From contig JBHGBC010000057.1 of the NCBI GenBank assembly GCA_041946805.1, positions 1-31,053 of the forward strand: a DNA stretch of 31,053 nt, given 5' to 3'. The notes below the pieces were generated by a model. It saw nothing but the letters and a program-made list of their open reading frames with translations. It had not been told where the DNA came from and made no database searches. Within the stretch, counting starts at the first letter, position 1. Each line of letters opens with the position of its first letter. Below, one piece after another: positions 9,120 to 18,129 of the stretch. Origin of the DNA: a bacterium (GTDB lineage: Bacteria; Hinthialibacterota; Hinthialibacteria; Hinthialibacterales; Hinthialibacteraceae). A program made the position numbers and the translations under genes.

Positions 9120-9539
9120 TAACCGTGGAAATTTGTTCAAATCCGTGTCCTGCTGTTCCGGCGGCGCCGTATTCTTTTCGAACCAGGCGGCCAGCTGCTC
9201 TTCTGTCATTTCTCCGGCCGCTAACCGGAGAAAAGTCTCCACCACGGCTTTTTCGGAAGCGGTGATCTCCCATCCATTAAGAAGCAGAAAGGTGCCCGCC
9301 GCCACAAACGCGGTCCGCTTGTTTCCATCCACGAAGGGATGGTTCCGCGCCAGGCCAAAGGCATAGGCGGCCGCCAGCCGCGCGATTCCCGCTTGGCCAT
9401 AAGCCGCTTGGTTGCGTGGCCGGCTCAAGGCGCTGTCGAGCAGGGCTTCGTCACGGAGGCCGGGACGGCCGCCATGCTCCGCGAGTTGCTCACTGTGAAT
9501 GGCGAGCACCCCGGCTTTGGACAGCCAACGCCAGCTCAC
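9108..9539 (-). CDS. doc: Doc (death-on-curing) Fic-family toxin
   Basis: HPFVDGNKRTA Fic/Doc motif; G.RD..LLDSALSRP; start overlaps antitoxin stop (ATGA). Confidence 0.93.
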   Translation of the reverse strand: MSWRWLSKAGVLAIHSEQLAEHGGRPGLRDEALLDSALSRPRNQAAYGQAGIARLAAAYAFGLARNHPFVDGNKRTAFVAAGTFLLLNGWEITASEKAVVETFLRLAAGEMTEEQLAAWFEKNTAPPEQQDTDLNKFPRLPSP

Positions 9540-9760
9540 TGGGCCAACTCACGCAACGCGTTCCGGTACCGGCGCATAATCTCCCGCGCCGCCCCGAGTT
9601 CCCGCTCGAATTCCGGGTCGTAAGGGATTATTTCAAAGCCGTTGGGGGTCTCGATAAAGCAGAGCGTGTCCCCTTTCTCGACCCGGAGTTTGGCGAGGAT
9701 CTCTTTGGGTAACACCACGCCGGTGGAACTGCCCACGGTGGTTACTTTCACTTTCAACAT
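9536..9760 (-). CDS. AbrB/MazE/SpoVT-family antitoxin (74 aa)
   Basis: MLKVKVTTVGSSTGVVLPKEILAKLRVEKGDTL..PYDPEF..IMRRYRNALRELA; GGAGG RBS before ATG 9760. Confidence 0.9.
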   Translation of the reverse strand: MLKVKVTTVGSSTGVVLPKEILAKLRVEKGDTLCFIETPNGFEIIPYDPEFERELGAAREIMRRYRNALRELAQ

Positions 9761-9775
9761 GATGACTGTCCTCCG

Positions 9776-9795
9776 ATTATAACAAATATTATAAT
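9776..9795 (-). promoter_or_regulatory. TA promoter/operator: inverted repeat ATTATAA-N6-TTATAAT containing TATAAT -10 hexamers
   Basis: Minus strand aattataatatttgttataatcggagg immediately upstream of the antitoxin RBS. Confidence 0.7.
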
Positions 9796-10185
9796 TCAGG
9801 CGGACGGGATCGCACAACGGCATGCAAGAGTGGATGTCCGTCTGGGGCTCTCTGGCAAGCGAGTATGATTTTACTGGCGAATGGCCGGCTTGCGACTCTT
9901 CGAAGGGACCGGTGAAAATCAACCCCAAATCCCCTCTTCCAGGCTTACGATGGTATAGGGGCGGGTTTCGCTGCGCTTTGAGTCCACCCTGCTTTGCTGC
10001 TCACCGAACGATTCGGCAAGCTGGTGTGCCCATTGTGAGTATGCCCGCTGTGGGGGGGGAAATGGAATCAGGGTGGGCATTTTTTTGTATATATCTATAA
10101 CTGCTGACTTAATTTCGCCTTGAAAACTGAATATGATCTACCGTTTTTCCCAATGATTCATCTAACATCGAAAGGGGAAAGAAAA

Positions 10186-11712
10186 ATGGCAGGCAACCGA
10201 TGGTTGTGGTGTTTCATGATTATGTTTTTAGTGGTCCAGGCCGGGATCAGCGATAACATCGACCAGATTGAATTGGAAGAAGCCGTGCTTCCCGTGGCGC
10301 CCAGCGCGGTGCCGGGATTGACCGCCTTGGTCCCCTTTGCGGTGTTGGATGACCGCGAGGTGGCCGGGGGCATCGCGGTTTTCGGATTCCAACCGGGAGT
10401 GGATATCGTTCCCGGGAAAGATGACTTCTTCATCGTTTCCTACGCGCAGGAAGGCGGATGGATCAATCCGGGACGGGCCACGATCTATAAGTTCGATAAA
10501 AACGGCAACAAACTGGCCGGGCCGGTGACGACCCGGGATAACTCGGAATCCTTCGGCATTTCCAAGGGATGGCATATCGCGGCGTTTTCGGACGGCGGGT
10601 GCGTGGCGGTCGGCGGATCCCGTTTTGGGCTGGGGACCGAGGATGGCCTTGACTTATCGGTCATCGACCGGGAAGTCAGCGGGTACCGGATTTTCGACGC
10701 GACTTTGAAGCCGTTAACCGCGCTGAAGAGTGTCTGGGAGCCGGCGAACCAGCCCGGCAACGATGACCGCGACCCGGATGTGGATCAGCGGGCCCTGGTG
10801 GAGCGGTTGTCCAATGACCGGTTTGTCGTGGTCTTGTCCATGCAGTCCGTGAATATGCAACTCCAGTTCGGATTGACGGATAACGGAAACACCCCGGCGG
10901 GTAAAATCGTGTACCGGGTATTCGAAAAGGATGGCACGCCGGTGGGACCGTCGCGCTGGGCGTTTCCAGTCAGCGATGAGAACGGCGGATGGGACAGCAG
11001 CCAATCGAATCCCGATGTTGTGGCGGGACCGGACGGCACGTTCGCGATCATCGCCGTGATACCCGGCTTGCTGGCGAATGGCGATCCCTATCCGCTCCAG
11101 TTCTTCGACAACAACGGGGAGCGTGTGGGCGAACCGTTCGGCGTGGTGGATCAGACCTTGATCGATGAGGGAACCATCGTGCAGCCGGGAATCATCAGCC
11201 CGAAATTGGGGTATGGAGATGGAGTCTATGTATCCGGCGTGAATATCAAATTGGTGGGTTTGAATACCAATACCTTCGGCGTGACGGTTTTCGGCCAGGA
11301 CAAGAAGATCATCCGGTCCACGTACGATGGATTGCGTCACAAGGATAATCTGCCGGAAGTGCGGGAAGGAGATTTGACATCGGATCCCAGCGGCAATTTC
11401 TTTGTCGTCGACCGCAGCGATCAAGCGTTCGATGGCAGCGCGGACGCGGATAAAATCCAGTTCATGCAAATGCATACGCGGGATGGGAAGCCCTTTGGAC
11501 CATCCTTCATCACCTTTCCTCCCGATGACAGCATTGGCAGCCAACGCGATCCCGCCGTGGACGCCAACGCGAATATTTTCGTGGTGGCCAGCCTGAATGA
11601 AGGCGTGCCCGGCGACGTGAACACGCTTAGTGGCGTGAACACTTTGGCCGTGTACGCGAATCCCATGCCGCAGACGCAAACCGCGATTCACAGCTGGATG
11701 CTGATGAACTGA
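10186..11712 (+). CDS. Secreted beta-rich repeat protein (probable beta-propeller) with C-terminal TxIxxWxLM motif
   Basis: Signal-peptide-like N-terminus MAGNRWLWCFMIMFLVVQAGIS; recurring F-D-x-x-G-x-x-x-G-P units; purine-rich RBS; terminator follows. Confidence 0.75.
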   Translation: MAGNRWLWCFMIMFLVVQAGISDNIDQIELEEAVLPVAPSAVPGLTALVPFAVLDDREVAGGIAVFGFQPGVDIVPGKDDFFIVSYAQEGGWINPGRATIYKFDKNGNKLAGPVTTRDNSESFGISKGWHIAAFSDGGCVAVGGSRFGLGTEDGLDLSVIDREVSGYRIFDATLKPLTALKSVWEPANQPGNDDRDPDVDQRALVERLSNDRFVVVLSMQSVNMQLQFGLTDNGNTPAGKIVYRVFEKDGTPVGPSRWAFPVSDENGGWDSSQSNPDVVAGPDGTFAIIAVIPGLLANGDPYPLQFFDNNGERVGEPFGVVDQTLIDEGTIVQPGIISPKLGYGDGVYVSGVNIKLVGLNTNTFGVTVFGQDKKIIRSTYDGLRHKDNLPEVREGDLTSDPSGNFFVVDRSDQAFDGSADADKIQFMQMHTRDGKPFGPSFITFPPDDSIGSQRDPAVDANANIFVVASLNEGVPGDVNTLSGVNTLAVYANPMPQTQTAIHSWMLMN

Positions 11713-11745
11713 ACGGACGGCTGGAATTCATGAAGTGAAGTAAGG

Positions 11746-11775
11746 AAACGGGCGTACGGAGTGCGCCCGTTTTTT
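11746..11775 (+). terminator. Rho-independent terminator
   Basis: aaacgggcgtac-gga-gtgcgcccgttt followed by T run. Confidence 0.8.
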
Positions 11776-11862
11776 GGGGGGGGAACGCCGGATGGGTCGA
11801 GGATGAGATCATGGGTTGGTGTGGAAAGGATTCGCGTGGACATACGCGTCTCCGCGCTATCT

Positions 11863-11894
11863 CCTCATCCTAATCCTGGCCCAAAGGGAGAGGG
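11863..11894. repeat. Degenerate REP-like palindrome
   Basis: cctcatcctaatcctggcccaaagggagaggg. Confidence 0.55.
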
Positions 11895-12015
11895 CATGAC
11901 CTGACTTGTTCCCATTCCCAGGGGGAGACGGGATGCCGGGGAGGTTCACCGGTCAAGCCGCGGAGAGGCGAGCCCGCCATCGGGGGAAAGTCCTGGTTTC
12001 CCGGATCAGTTTGAT

Positions 12016-12044
12016 TTGACTTCCTCCCCGCCACCCGGTATGAT
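12016..12044 (+). promoter_or_regulatory. Sigma70-type promoter of the pilin-like gene
   Basis: TTGACT-17 nt-TATGAT, 36 nt upstream of ATG 12081. Confidence 0.65.
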
Positions 12045-12080
12045 CATTCGACGAAAAATCATTCGAATCACAGGTTTCTC

Positions 12081-12650
12081 ATGCTCCCAATCCGCCAAAC
12101 CCCGTTTTCATCCTTCACCCTCATTGAACTGCTCATAGTGGTGGCGATTATTGGCATCCTGGCCGCCATCGCGGTGCCGAACTTTCTCCAGGCTCAGCTC
12201 AAGGCCAAGGTGGCCCGGGTTTACGCCGATTTGCGCGCCATGAAAACCGCCATCGAGATGTACCGCACCGATCAAAGCGGCTACCCCGACTCTTGCTCGC
12301 TTGAAATCATGGGTGACGTCCAGTTCCGGGCCGGCGAAATCTTTCAGCCCGTCGCCTACGCCAACGTCCCGGCCGTGGACCCTTTCAACACCCAGGAAGG
12401 CAGCCGCACCAGCACGTTTGACGACAAGGAGTATTTTTACCTCAACAAAAGCAAAGTCTGTACCTGGCCGGCGATGCTCTTGAAATTCGCTGTGGACCAC
12501 ACCCCCGGCGGTCCGCAAAATGCCGAATACCTCCTCTCCAGCCAGGGGCCGGACAACCTCTCCGAGGTGCAGGACCAGCGGCTGGCGGTCATTTACGACA
12601 TCACCAACGGCGTGGTCAGCCAGGGCGACATCATCATTTACGGTCCCTGA
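12081..12650 (+). CDS. Prepilin-type N-terminal cleavage/methylation domain protein (GspG/pilin-like)
   Basis: S|FTLIELLIVVAIIGILAAIAVPNF; A..MY..D...YP; C-terminal SQGPD..YDITNGVVSQGDI. Confidence 0.9.
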   Translation: MLPIRQTPFSSFTLIELLIVVAIIGILAAIAVPNFLQAQLKAKVARVYADLRAMKTAIEMYRTDQSGYPDSCSLEIMGDVQFRAGEIFQPVAYANVPAVDPFNTQEGSRTSTFDDKEYFYLNKSKVCTWPAMLLKFAVDHTPGGPQNAEYLLSSQGPDNLSEVQDQRLAVIYDITNGVVSQGDIIIYGP

Positions 12651-12924
12651 ATGGCGCTTCTCCACACCCACGGGGAGATCCCATCCCATCCTTTCCTGCG
12701 ACGGGTCCTGACCGGCCGGATCCGGTAAAAAATCCAAAATCCTTCTTGTGTTATATTAATTTAGGAAATACCGGGACTTGTGTTGACAATTCCCGGGGGA
12801 AAGGAGTATGAATAAACAATCGCAAGACGAAATGAATTGAATATATTAGGAGACCGCGGCGGTCCAGTGATATGGAAACGAATCCACGAAAAGAAAAAGC
12901 CAACCAAAGGCGGAGGAAAAACCA

Positions 12925-13935
12925 ATGAACAGAACATTTTTGTTGATGGGTATCGGGATCGCGTTGTTCATGGGTACATCCGCGGGAGCGCAGAATCCTC
13001 TGGCTCCCGAGTACCACTTCATGCCGGTGGCGGACAGCGAGATGAAAATCGACGGAGCGTTCGACGAAGCCGGGTGGGCCAAGGGAGAATGGCTTGAATT
13101 CGGCGGGGTCCGGTATCCCGTGGATCCCGCAGCCATCGGCGGATACAACTGGAACGAGGCCGATCTGGTGTGCCGCACGTGCGTGGTGCACAGTCCCACC
13201 GGGATGTATTTCGCCTGCGAAACCATGGAGTTCGATCAATCGTGCGATGACAACGAGGTCGATAATTACCACCAGTGGTATTTGCGCGACAGCATCACTT
13301 GGTTCTTCGATTTCACCGGGAATCCCCGCCAGGCGAAAATATGGTATGGCGACACCGAACCCTGGGAGCCGGAGAAAGAGGAAAACTTTGTGGAAGGCCG
13401 CAAATGGTATCCGGGGGAATTCATCATCGGGATGACCGCCACGGAGGATATGAACAAGCTCTACACCCGGCGTTTTGACCATGGAAAACGCGGCGGCGGC
13501 CGCACGGATACGGACGGGCCTTGGTGGCTGCAAGACGATCAGGGGCGGGATCTGAAGGGCATGCACATGACCGATTGGGTGGCGGTGTACAAGTTCGTGG
13601 ATACCTACAACACCACTTTCAAAGCCGACTATCCCAAGACCCATGTGTACGAATTGTACGTTCCCTGGGCTTCCATCGAAACCTCGCCGTACAGCGACAC
13701 GCCCGAAGTGGCGGATATGGCTCTCGAGGATCAGGACATTTACGGATGGCAATTGATGAAGCCCGATCCCATCGACAGCCGTAAGATCCTCTTCACCCCC
13801 CTGGTGATCACTACCTCCAATTCGCCCACGTTCGGCCAACAGATCATGTGGGTCGGCACGGGTGACGACGACTCGACCTGGGCGCCGGCTTCCTTCGTAA
13901 AAGCGACCTTCGTGGAGGAATGGTATTTGTTTTAA
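12925..13935 (+). CDS. Secreted DOMON/CBM9-like sugar-binding domain protein with C-terminal TxVxxWxLF motif
   Basis: Signal peptide MNRTFLLMGIGIALFMGTSAGA|Q; IDGAFDEAGW, W..RDSITWFFD, YELYVPW; GGAGG RBS. Confidence 0.7.
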   Translation: MNRTFLLMGIGIALFMGTSAGAQNPLAPEYHFMPVADSEMKIDGAFDEAGWAKGEWLEFGGVRYPVDPAAIGGYNWNEADLVCRTCVVHSPTGMYFACETMEFDQSCDDNEVDNYHQWYLRDSITWFFDFTGNPRQAKIWYGDTEPWEPEKEENFVEGRKWYPGEFIIGMTATEDMNKLYTRRFDHGKRGGGRTDTDGPWWLQDDQGRDLKGMHMTDWVAVYKFVDTYNTTFKADYPKTHVYELYVPWASIETSPYSDTPEVADMALEDQDIYGWQLMKPDPIDSRKILFTPLVITTSNSPTFGQQIMWVGTGDDDSTWAPASFVKATFVEEWYLF

Positions 13936-14007
13936 TCCGGTAATCAACAATTCTCTTTCTTTCGGGGAGAAGAGGAGAGGGCCATTTCATTTGTTGGAGA
14001 GAAAGAC

Positions 14008-14034
14008 GTCATCCCCGCGAAAGCGGGGATCCGG
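14008..14034. repeat. dRS3-like palindrome GTCATCCCCGCGAAAGCGGGGATCC
   Basis: Same family as 4963-4989 and 6851-6877. Confidence 0.7.
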
Positions 14035-14130
14035 GAAAATGCGGTATTTTCCCCTCCCCCGGAAGAAAAAATGGTACATTCGACAAGTGCGTACCTGCTG
14101 GTGAAAAAGACATCCCACCCACTCGATGAT

Positions 14131-14200
14131 GCGGGCGGACACCAAGGTCCGCCCCTGCAAAAATTCCCTCACCCGAGCCCTCTCCCAGAGGGAGAGGGGA
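14131..14200. repeat. REP cluster: gggcggac..gtccgccc hairpin plus CCCTCACCC..GGGAGAGGG copy
   Basis: gcgggcggacaccaaggtccgcccctgc then ccctcacccgagccctctcccagagggagagggg. Confidence 0.7.
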
Positions 14201-14399
14201 TTAGGAGGTTGATCACCCCGGCCAGCCCGATGGAAAAGCGGCCGGACATACTGGATAACTAGATAAAAAGTTCTCATTCGCCGGATGAACCTGATTTATC
14301 CGATCCGAAGGAAAGGAGGGTAGCGATCTCAATCTAACCCGGTATGTTCATGCACGCGAGACATCACTCCATTTCAACCAAGGGAGGTTCTGCAAGCCA

Positions 14400-15443
14400 A
14401 TGAAGAAAACCATTCTGACGTACTTGTGTTTGAGCGGATTATGGTTGGCGGCCGGTCTTCCTGGCCATGCCCAGGCGCCACCGGCCGATTTCGATCCCCA
14501 GACGTTTGATGTGACCGCCGAAGGCGAATGGTCCGACATCCAAAAAACCACGCTCTCCGTTCCCAAGGTGGCGGATGGATCCATCAAATTGGACGCGGCG
14601 CTCACGTCCGCGGAATACGGGGGCTTTGCGGGCGTTCCGGTGGTTCCGGGAGCGGGCGCGTGGAACTTGGACTTTCCCGATTACCGGGAGACCAGCGGTC
14701 CCGACGACACGAGTTTCACGTTTTATCTGGCCCATGACAATAACTTCTTGTATATCGGAGTGACCGCCAAGGATGACGTGGTGAATTCCGATGATACCAA
14801 CGGCACCTTCTGGGAGGATGACGCCATCGAGCTGGTTTTCGATGTGTACAATTGGAAATTCGACCAGAACTACGACAGCAGTCCACCCGAATACGGCGGC
14901 CATCCTTATATGAACTATGAAGGCCGCTTCTCCGCCTGGGACGATGCCGCCAACGCCCGGGGAACCGAGAATCCCCGGTACTCACCCGCGGACCCGGATT
15001 GGACTTACGGCCCGAATGGCGACGTGTATGGCGTGGGCAAGGAAGTGACGGGCGGATGGGTGTTGGAAGCCAAATTCTCCAAAAAATCGTTGACTCCCCC
15101 CGATTCCGGCCTCGTCTTCGACAACGGCTACATGATGGGATTCAACATCGGCATGGATGACGACGACAAGCACGGCCCCGGCCTCAATGGCAGCGGGATC
15201 TTTGAGTACGATCTGGAACTGCAGTATTTCTGGGCCAACCGCGTCCGGGCGATCGGCTGGAACCAGGATGAACTCGATTCCGGCCTTTTCACCGAACAGG
15301 AACTGGCCAATCACGCCTGGCTGGATCTCGTAACGTCACCGTATCAATTGGCTATCGATTCCAACGGCCGGTTGTGCGCCGGTGGATCGGGCGACATCAT
15401 CTTCCTGGCTGCCACCCCCGTCGAGAGCTGGAGCCTCTATTGA
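14400..15443 (+). CDS. Secreted CBM9-like (DOMON-like) sugar-binding protein with C-terminal TPVxxWxLY motif
   Basis: Signal peptide ..GLPGHA|Q; FYLAHDNNFLYIGVTAKDD, WEDDAIELVFD, GWVLEAKF, GFNIGMDDDD. Confidence 0.8.
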   Translation: MKKTILTYLCLSGLWLAAGLPGHAQAPPADFDPQTFDVTAEGEWSDIQKTTLSVPKVADGSIKLDAALTSAEYGGFAGVPVVPGAGAWNLDFPDYRETSGPDDTSFTFYLAHDNNFLYIGVTAKDDVVNSDDTNGTFWEDDAIELVFDVYNWKFDQNYDSSPPEYGGHPYMNYEGRFSAWDDAANARGTENPRYSPADPDWTYGPNGDVYGVGKEVTGGWVLEAKFSKKSLTPPDSGLVFDNGYMMGFNIGMDDDDKHGPGLNGSGIFEYDLELQYFWANRVRAIGWNQDELDSGLFTEQELANHAWLDLVTSPYQLAIDSNGRLCAGGSGDIIFLAATPVESWSLY

Positions 15444-15477
15444 CGCGCGGTCTTTCAGATTTTCGCGAATTTCGAGC

Positions 15478-15510
15478 ACCGGGGCGCGGTTTTCCGCGCC
15501 CCGGTTTCTT
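15478..15510 (+). terminator. Rho-independent terminator
   Basis: accggggcgcgg-tttt-ccgcgccccggt followed by ttctt. Confidence 0.8.
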
Positions 15511-15801
15511 GATACGCGGGATCTTCTTTCACGTGAATCCGCTTAGCCTGTCTTCCCTCGGATTTTTCCGCCGATCTTGACCAACCGGATTCCGGTTCCC
15601 TCAATATGCCTTCCCCCCGGCGAAAAGACCGGGACACGGATGAACTCTTCTCCCCCCCCGGCCTTTTCTCTCGAATTCCCTTTCAAATCCCCATGCCTGG
15701 ATTTATATCGCGTTCTCTTTTTGATACAGTGATCCCATCGGCTGTAGCAAGCGAAGCCCATGAACAGCATCCTGGATGGGTGCCAAGGGGAGGTTTTCAA
15801 C

Positions 15802-17280
15802 ATGAATTCGAACACCGCAAAACCGTGTACGTGTTGCTCGCTGTCCCGCCGCTGTTTCATTTCCATGTCGACCCTGGCGATGGCCGCGCCCGTGGCGATG
15901 GCCGCGATACGCCAACCGGAAGACTCCGGAGGATTGGGCGAATACATCGATCTGGCGAGCTTCCGGCCCAAGCCCAGGGTACGCATTTTGGCGGCCGTGG
16001 CGCGGCTGAAACCGCCCTACTGGCTGGGTTGGCCGGGGACTTCCTACGATCTGGAGAAACACCGCGCCGAATACAGCCGGCTCTTCGATCAATACGCCCA
16101 GGAAACCGGTGTCGAACTGCGGCAGGAGGCTGATCCCCTGGAAAGCGATGAGGCGGTCGCCGGTTTCGTGAAGAAAATCCAGACCGACAAGCCCGACGCG
16201 GTCCTGGTCAGCCTGCAGCACCTCAACAGCTGGGGCTGGGCCGAAACCATCGCCCAGGCGGGATGCCCCACCATCGTCTTTTCGCCCATCGGCACGGCGT
16301 TCACCGGGCATGTGCTGAAATTCTCCCGCCAGCCGGGCGTCCACGTGATCTCCTCGCTGGAGGCCCCGGCGGTCAAGCAAGCGTTCCGCATGGTGCGGGC
16401 CAAGCGGCAATTCGAGGAAACCCGCCTGCTCGTGGTCAGCGGGGACAAACGCTCCGACGAGGTGCTGGAAGGCCTGGGAACGAAGGTCCGCCGCGTGCCG
16501 CGCAATACCCTGAGCGACCTCTTCGCCAAGATGCCGGAGAACGACGAAGTCCACGAAGTGGCGAACCAATTCCGCCGACATGCCAAGAAAATCGTCGAAC
16601 CCACCCGGCAGGACTGCCTCAACTCCGCCCGTTCCTTCCTCACCGCCAAACGCCTCCTGCGCGATGAGGAGTGCAACGCCATCACCACCGATTGCCTGGG
16701 CATGGTCACCGACCGCGTGGTCCCCACGCCCCCCTGCATGGGCGCGTCCCTCTTCCAGGACGCGGGCGTGACCTACGGCTGCGAGGCCGACGTGGGCGGC
16801 GCGCTGTCGTTGATGCTGTGCAGCTATCTCTTCGACAAGCCGGGATTCATGCAGGACCCGGTCCCCGAGACCGTGAAGAACGTGCTGGTGGCCGCCCATT
16901 GCGTCAGCGGCACGCGCCTCAACGGCTTGGGCGAAGACCAGGAGCCGTACATCCTCCGCTCGCATTCGGAATCCGGCCTGGGCGTCTCCCCCCAGGTGCT
17001 GTGGAAGGTGGGGCAGCCGGTCACCCAGGTGCGCTTTAACGGCGGCAAGGAGCTGATCATCGACTCGGGGACGGTGGTGGGCAATGTCAACACACCGCCC
17101 GCGGGCGGCTGCCGCACCAGCGTCGAGATCGCCATGGACAAGGTGGAGGACGTCCGCGATGTGCGCGGCTTCCACCAGGTGGACTTCTACGGCAATCACC
17201 GCCGCGACGTGGAGGCCTTCTGCCAGATGTACGGCATCAAGGCGGTCCATTCGCACGACCAGGCGGCCGCGGAAGCGTAG
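15802..17280 (+). CDS. L-fucose/L-arabinose isomerase-like fold protein with twin-arginine signal
   Basis: SRRCFISM Tat-like motif followed by hydrophobic stretch and AMA; DCLG, PPC, GCEAD, AHC, CRT, H..DFYGNH motifs of FucI/AraA-like proteins; GGAGG RBS before ATG 15802. Confidence 0.7.
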   Translation: MNSNTAKPCTCCSLSRRCFISMSTLAMAAPVAMAAIRQPEDSGGLGEYIDLASFRPKPRVRILAAVARLKPPYWLGWPGTSYDLEKHRAEYSRLFDQYAQETGVELRQEADPLESDEAVAGFVKKIQTDKPDAVLVSLQHLNSWGWAETIAQAGCPTIVFSPIGTAFTGHVLKFSRQPGVHVISSLEAPAVKQAFRMVRAKRQFEETRLLVVSGDKRSDEVLEGLGTKVRRVPRNTLSDLFAKMPENDEVHEVANQFRRHAKKIVEPTRQDCLNSARSFLTAKRLLRDEECNAITTDCLGMVTDRVVPTPPCMGASLFQDAGVTYGCEADVGGALSLMLCSYLFDKPGFMQDPVPETVKNVLVAAHCVSGTRLNGLGEDQEPYILRSHSESGLGVSPQVLWKVGQPVTQVRFNGGKELIIDSGTVVGNVNTPPAGGCRTSVEIAMDKVEDVRDVRGFHQVDFYGNHRRDVEAFCQMYGIKAVHSHDQAAAEA

Positions 17281-17304
17281 GAACCTGGTATGCCCGTCTG
17301 ACAA

Positions 17305-17358
17305 AACCAAAAATCCGCCCCGGGGAGGGAAAACCCCGGGGCGGTCTGATTTTTGGTT
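17305..17358 (+). terminator. Rho-independent terminator, possibly bidirectional
   Basis: aaccaaaaatc-cgccccgggg...ccccggggcg-..gatttttggtt. Confidence 0.7.
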
Positions 17359-17489
17359 CATCCGACATGTGCGTACAGGATGGGGAAAATCGTATTTCAA
17401 TTCCCTGACTCTGAACCGAAGGAAACTCATGGCCTCCCCGGCCAGCGTTCAGGAACCCGCCATGGGGATCGGCATCGGGAAAAGACTTT

Positions 17490-17524
17490 CCCTCACCTTG
17501 GCCCTCTTCCAGAGGGAGAGGGGA
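17490..17524. repeat. REP-like palindrome
   Basis: ccctcaccttggccctcttccagagggagagggga. Confidence 0.7.
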
Positions 17525-18129
17525 TTAGCTACTCCTGCGTTCCCAGGATTTTCACCCGGGACAGTGTTTGCGCCGCGCCGCGGGAGCTTGAAGGCGACCA
17601 CCTGATGAGTTTTGCGTCATGCGCCAATCCATCTTCCGGATGCCGCGCCAGCGATGTCCAAAGCCGCTTCTCTCGGGATGCGGGGTTATATTCCCTCGCC
17701 CAGGATAAAATCCGGACTCACTCCAAACATATCCCGGACAATCCGGGTTGTCTCACCAAAAATGAAAATGGTATACTCCACGAATACGATCAAAATAATC
17801 GCCATTAGCAACCAATGAATACGTTCCCAATTCATCCGTAAGGGATGACCGCAGGACGAGGCGGAAATCCCCAACACTTCGGTTCCCAAGCCGCGGCCGG
17901 CTAGCCTGCCCTTAGTCCAGCGGTCCCCGGTTATCGAGGTCCCCCGTGCAATCCCCCCGCCCGTCTCGCCGCGCTCGAAAAATCTCATCCCTCCGGGGAA
18001 TCGGTTGCCTGTAACCTTCTCCGCGCTTCACCTACAATATGCCGGAACGCCATCCCTTGAACGGCCGGAAAGGCGCCAGTTTGCGAACCTGCATGCGGTA
18101 AAGAAACCTATCCCAGTAGGAGAGTTTCC

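Noticed and set aside
9761..9928. N-terminal extension of the antitoxin ORF (130 aa in the track)
   Set aside because: RBS, -10 box and operator lie just upstream of ATG 9760, and 74 aa fits the family size.
12783..12813. Perfect TTGACA upstream of the 12925 gene
   Set aside because: No convincing -10 hexamer at 16-18 nt spacing, so not called as a promoter.
12751..13950. 399-aa minus-strand ORF
   Set aside because: Antisense to a gene with clear RBS, signal peptide and domain motifs.
14275..14330. GAACCTGAT resembling part of a TPP riboswitch
   Set aside because: The CTGAGA motif and the remaining conserved core are missing.
15703..17430. 575-aa minus-strand ORF
   Set aside because: Antisense shadow of the isomerase-like gene.
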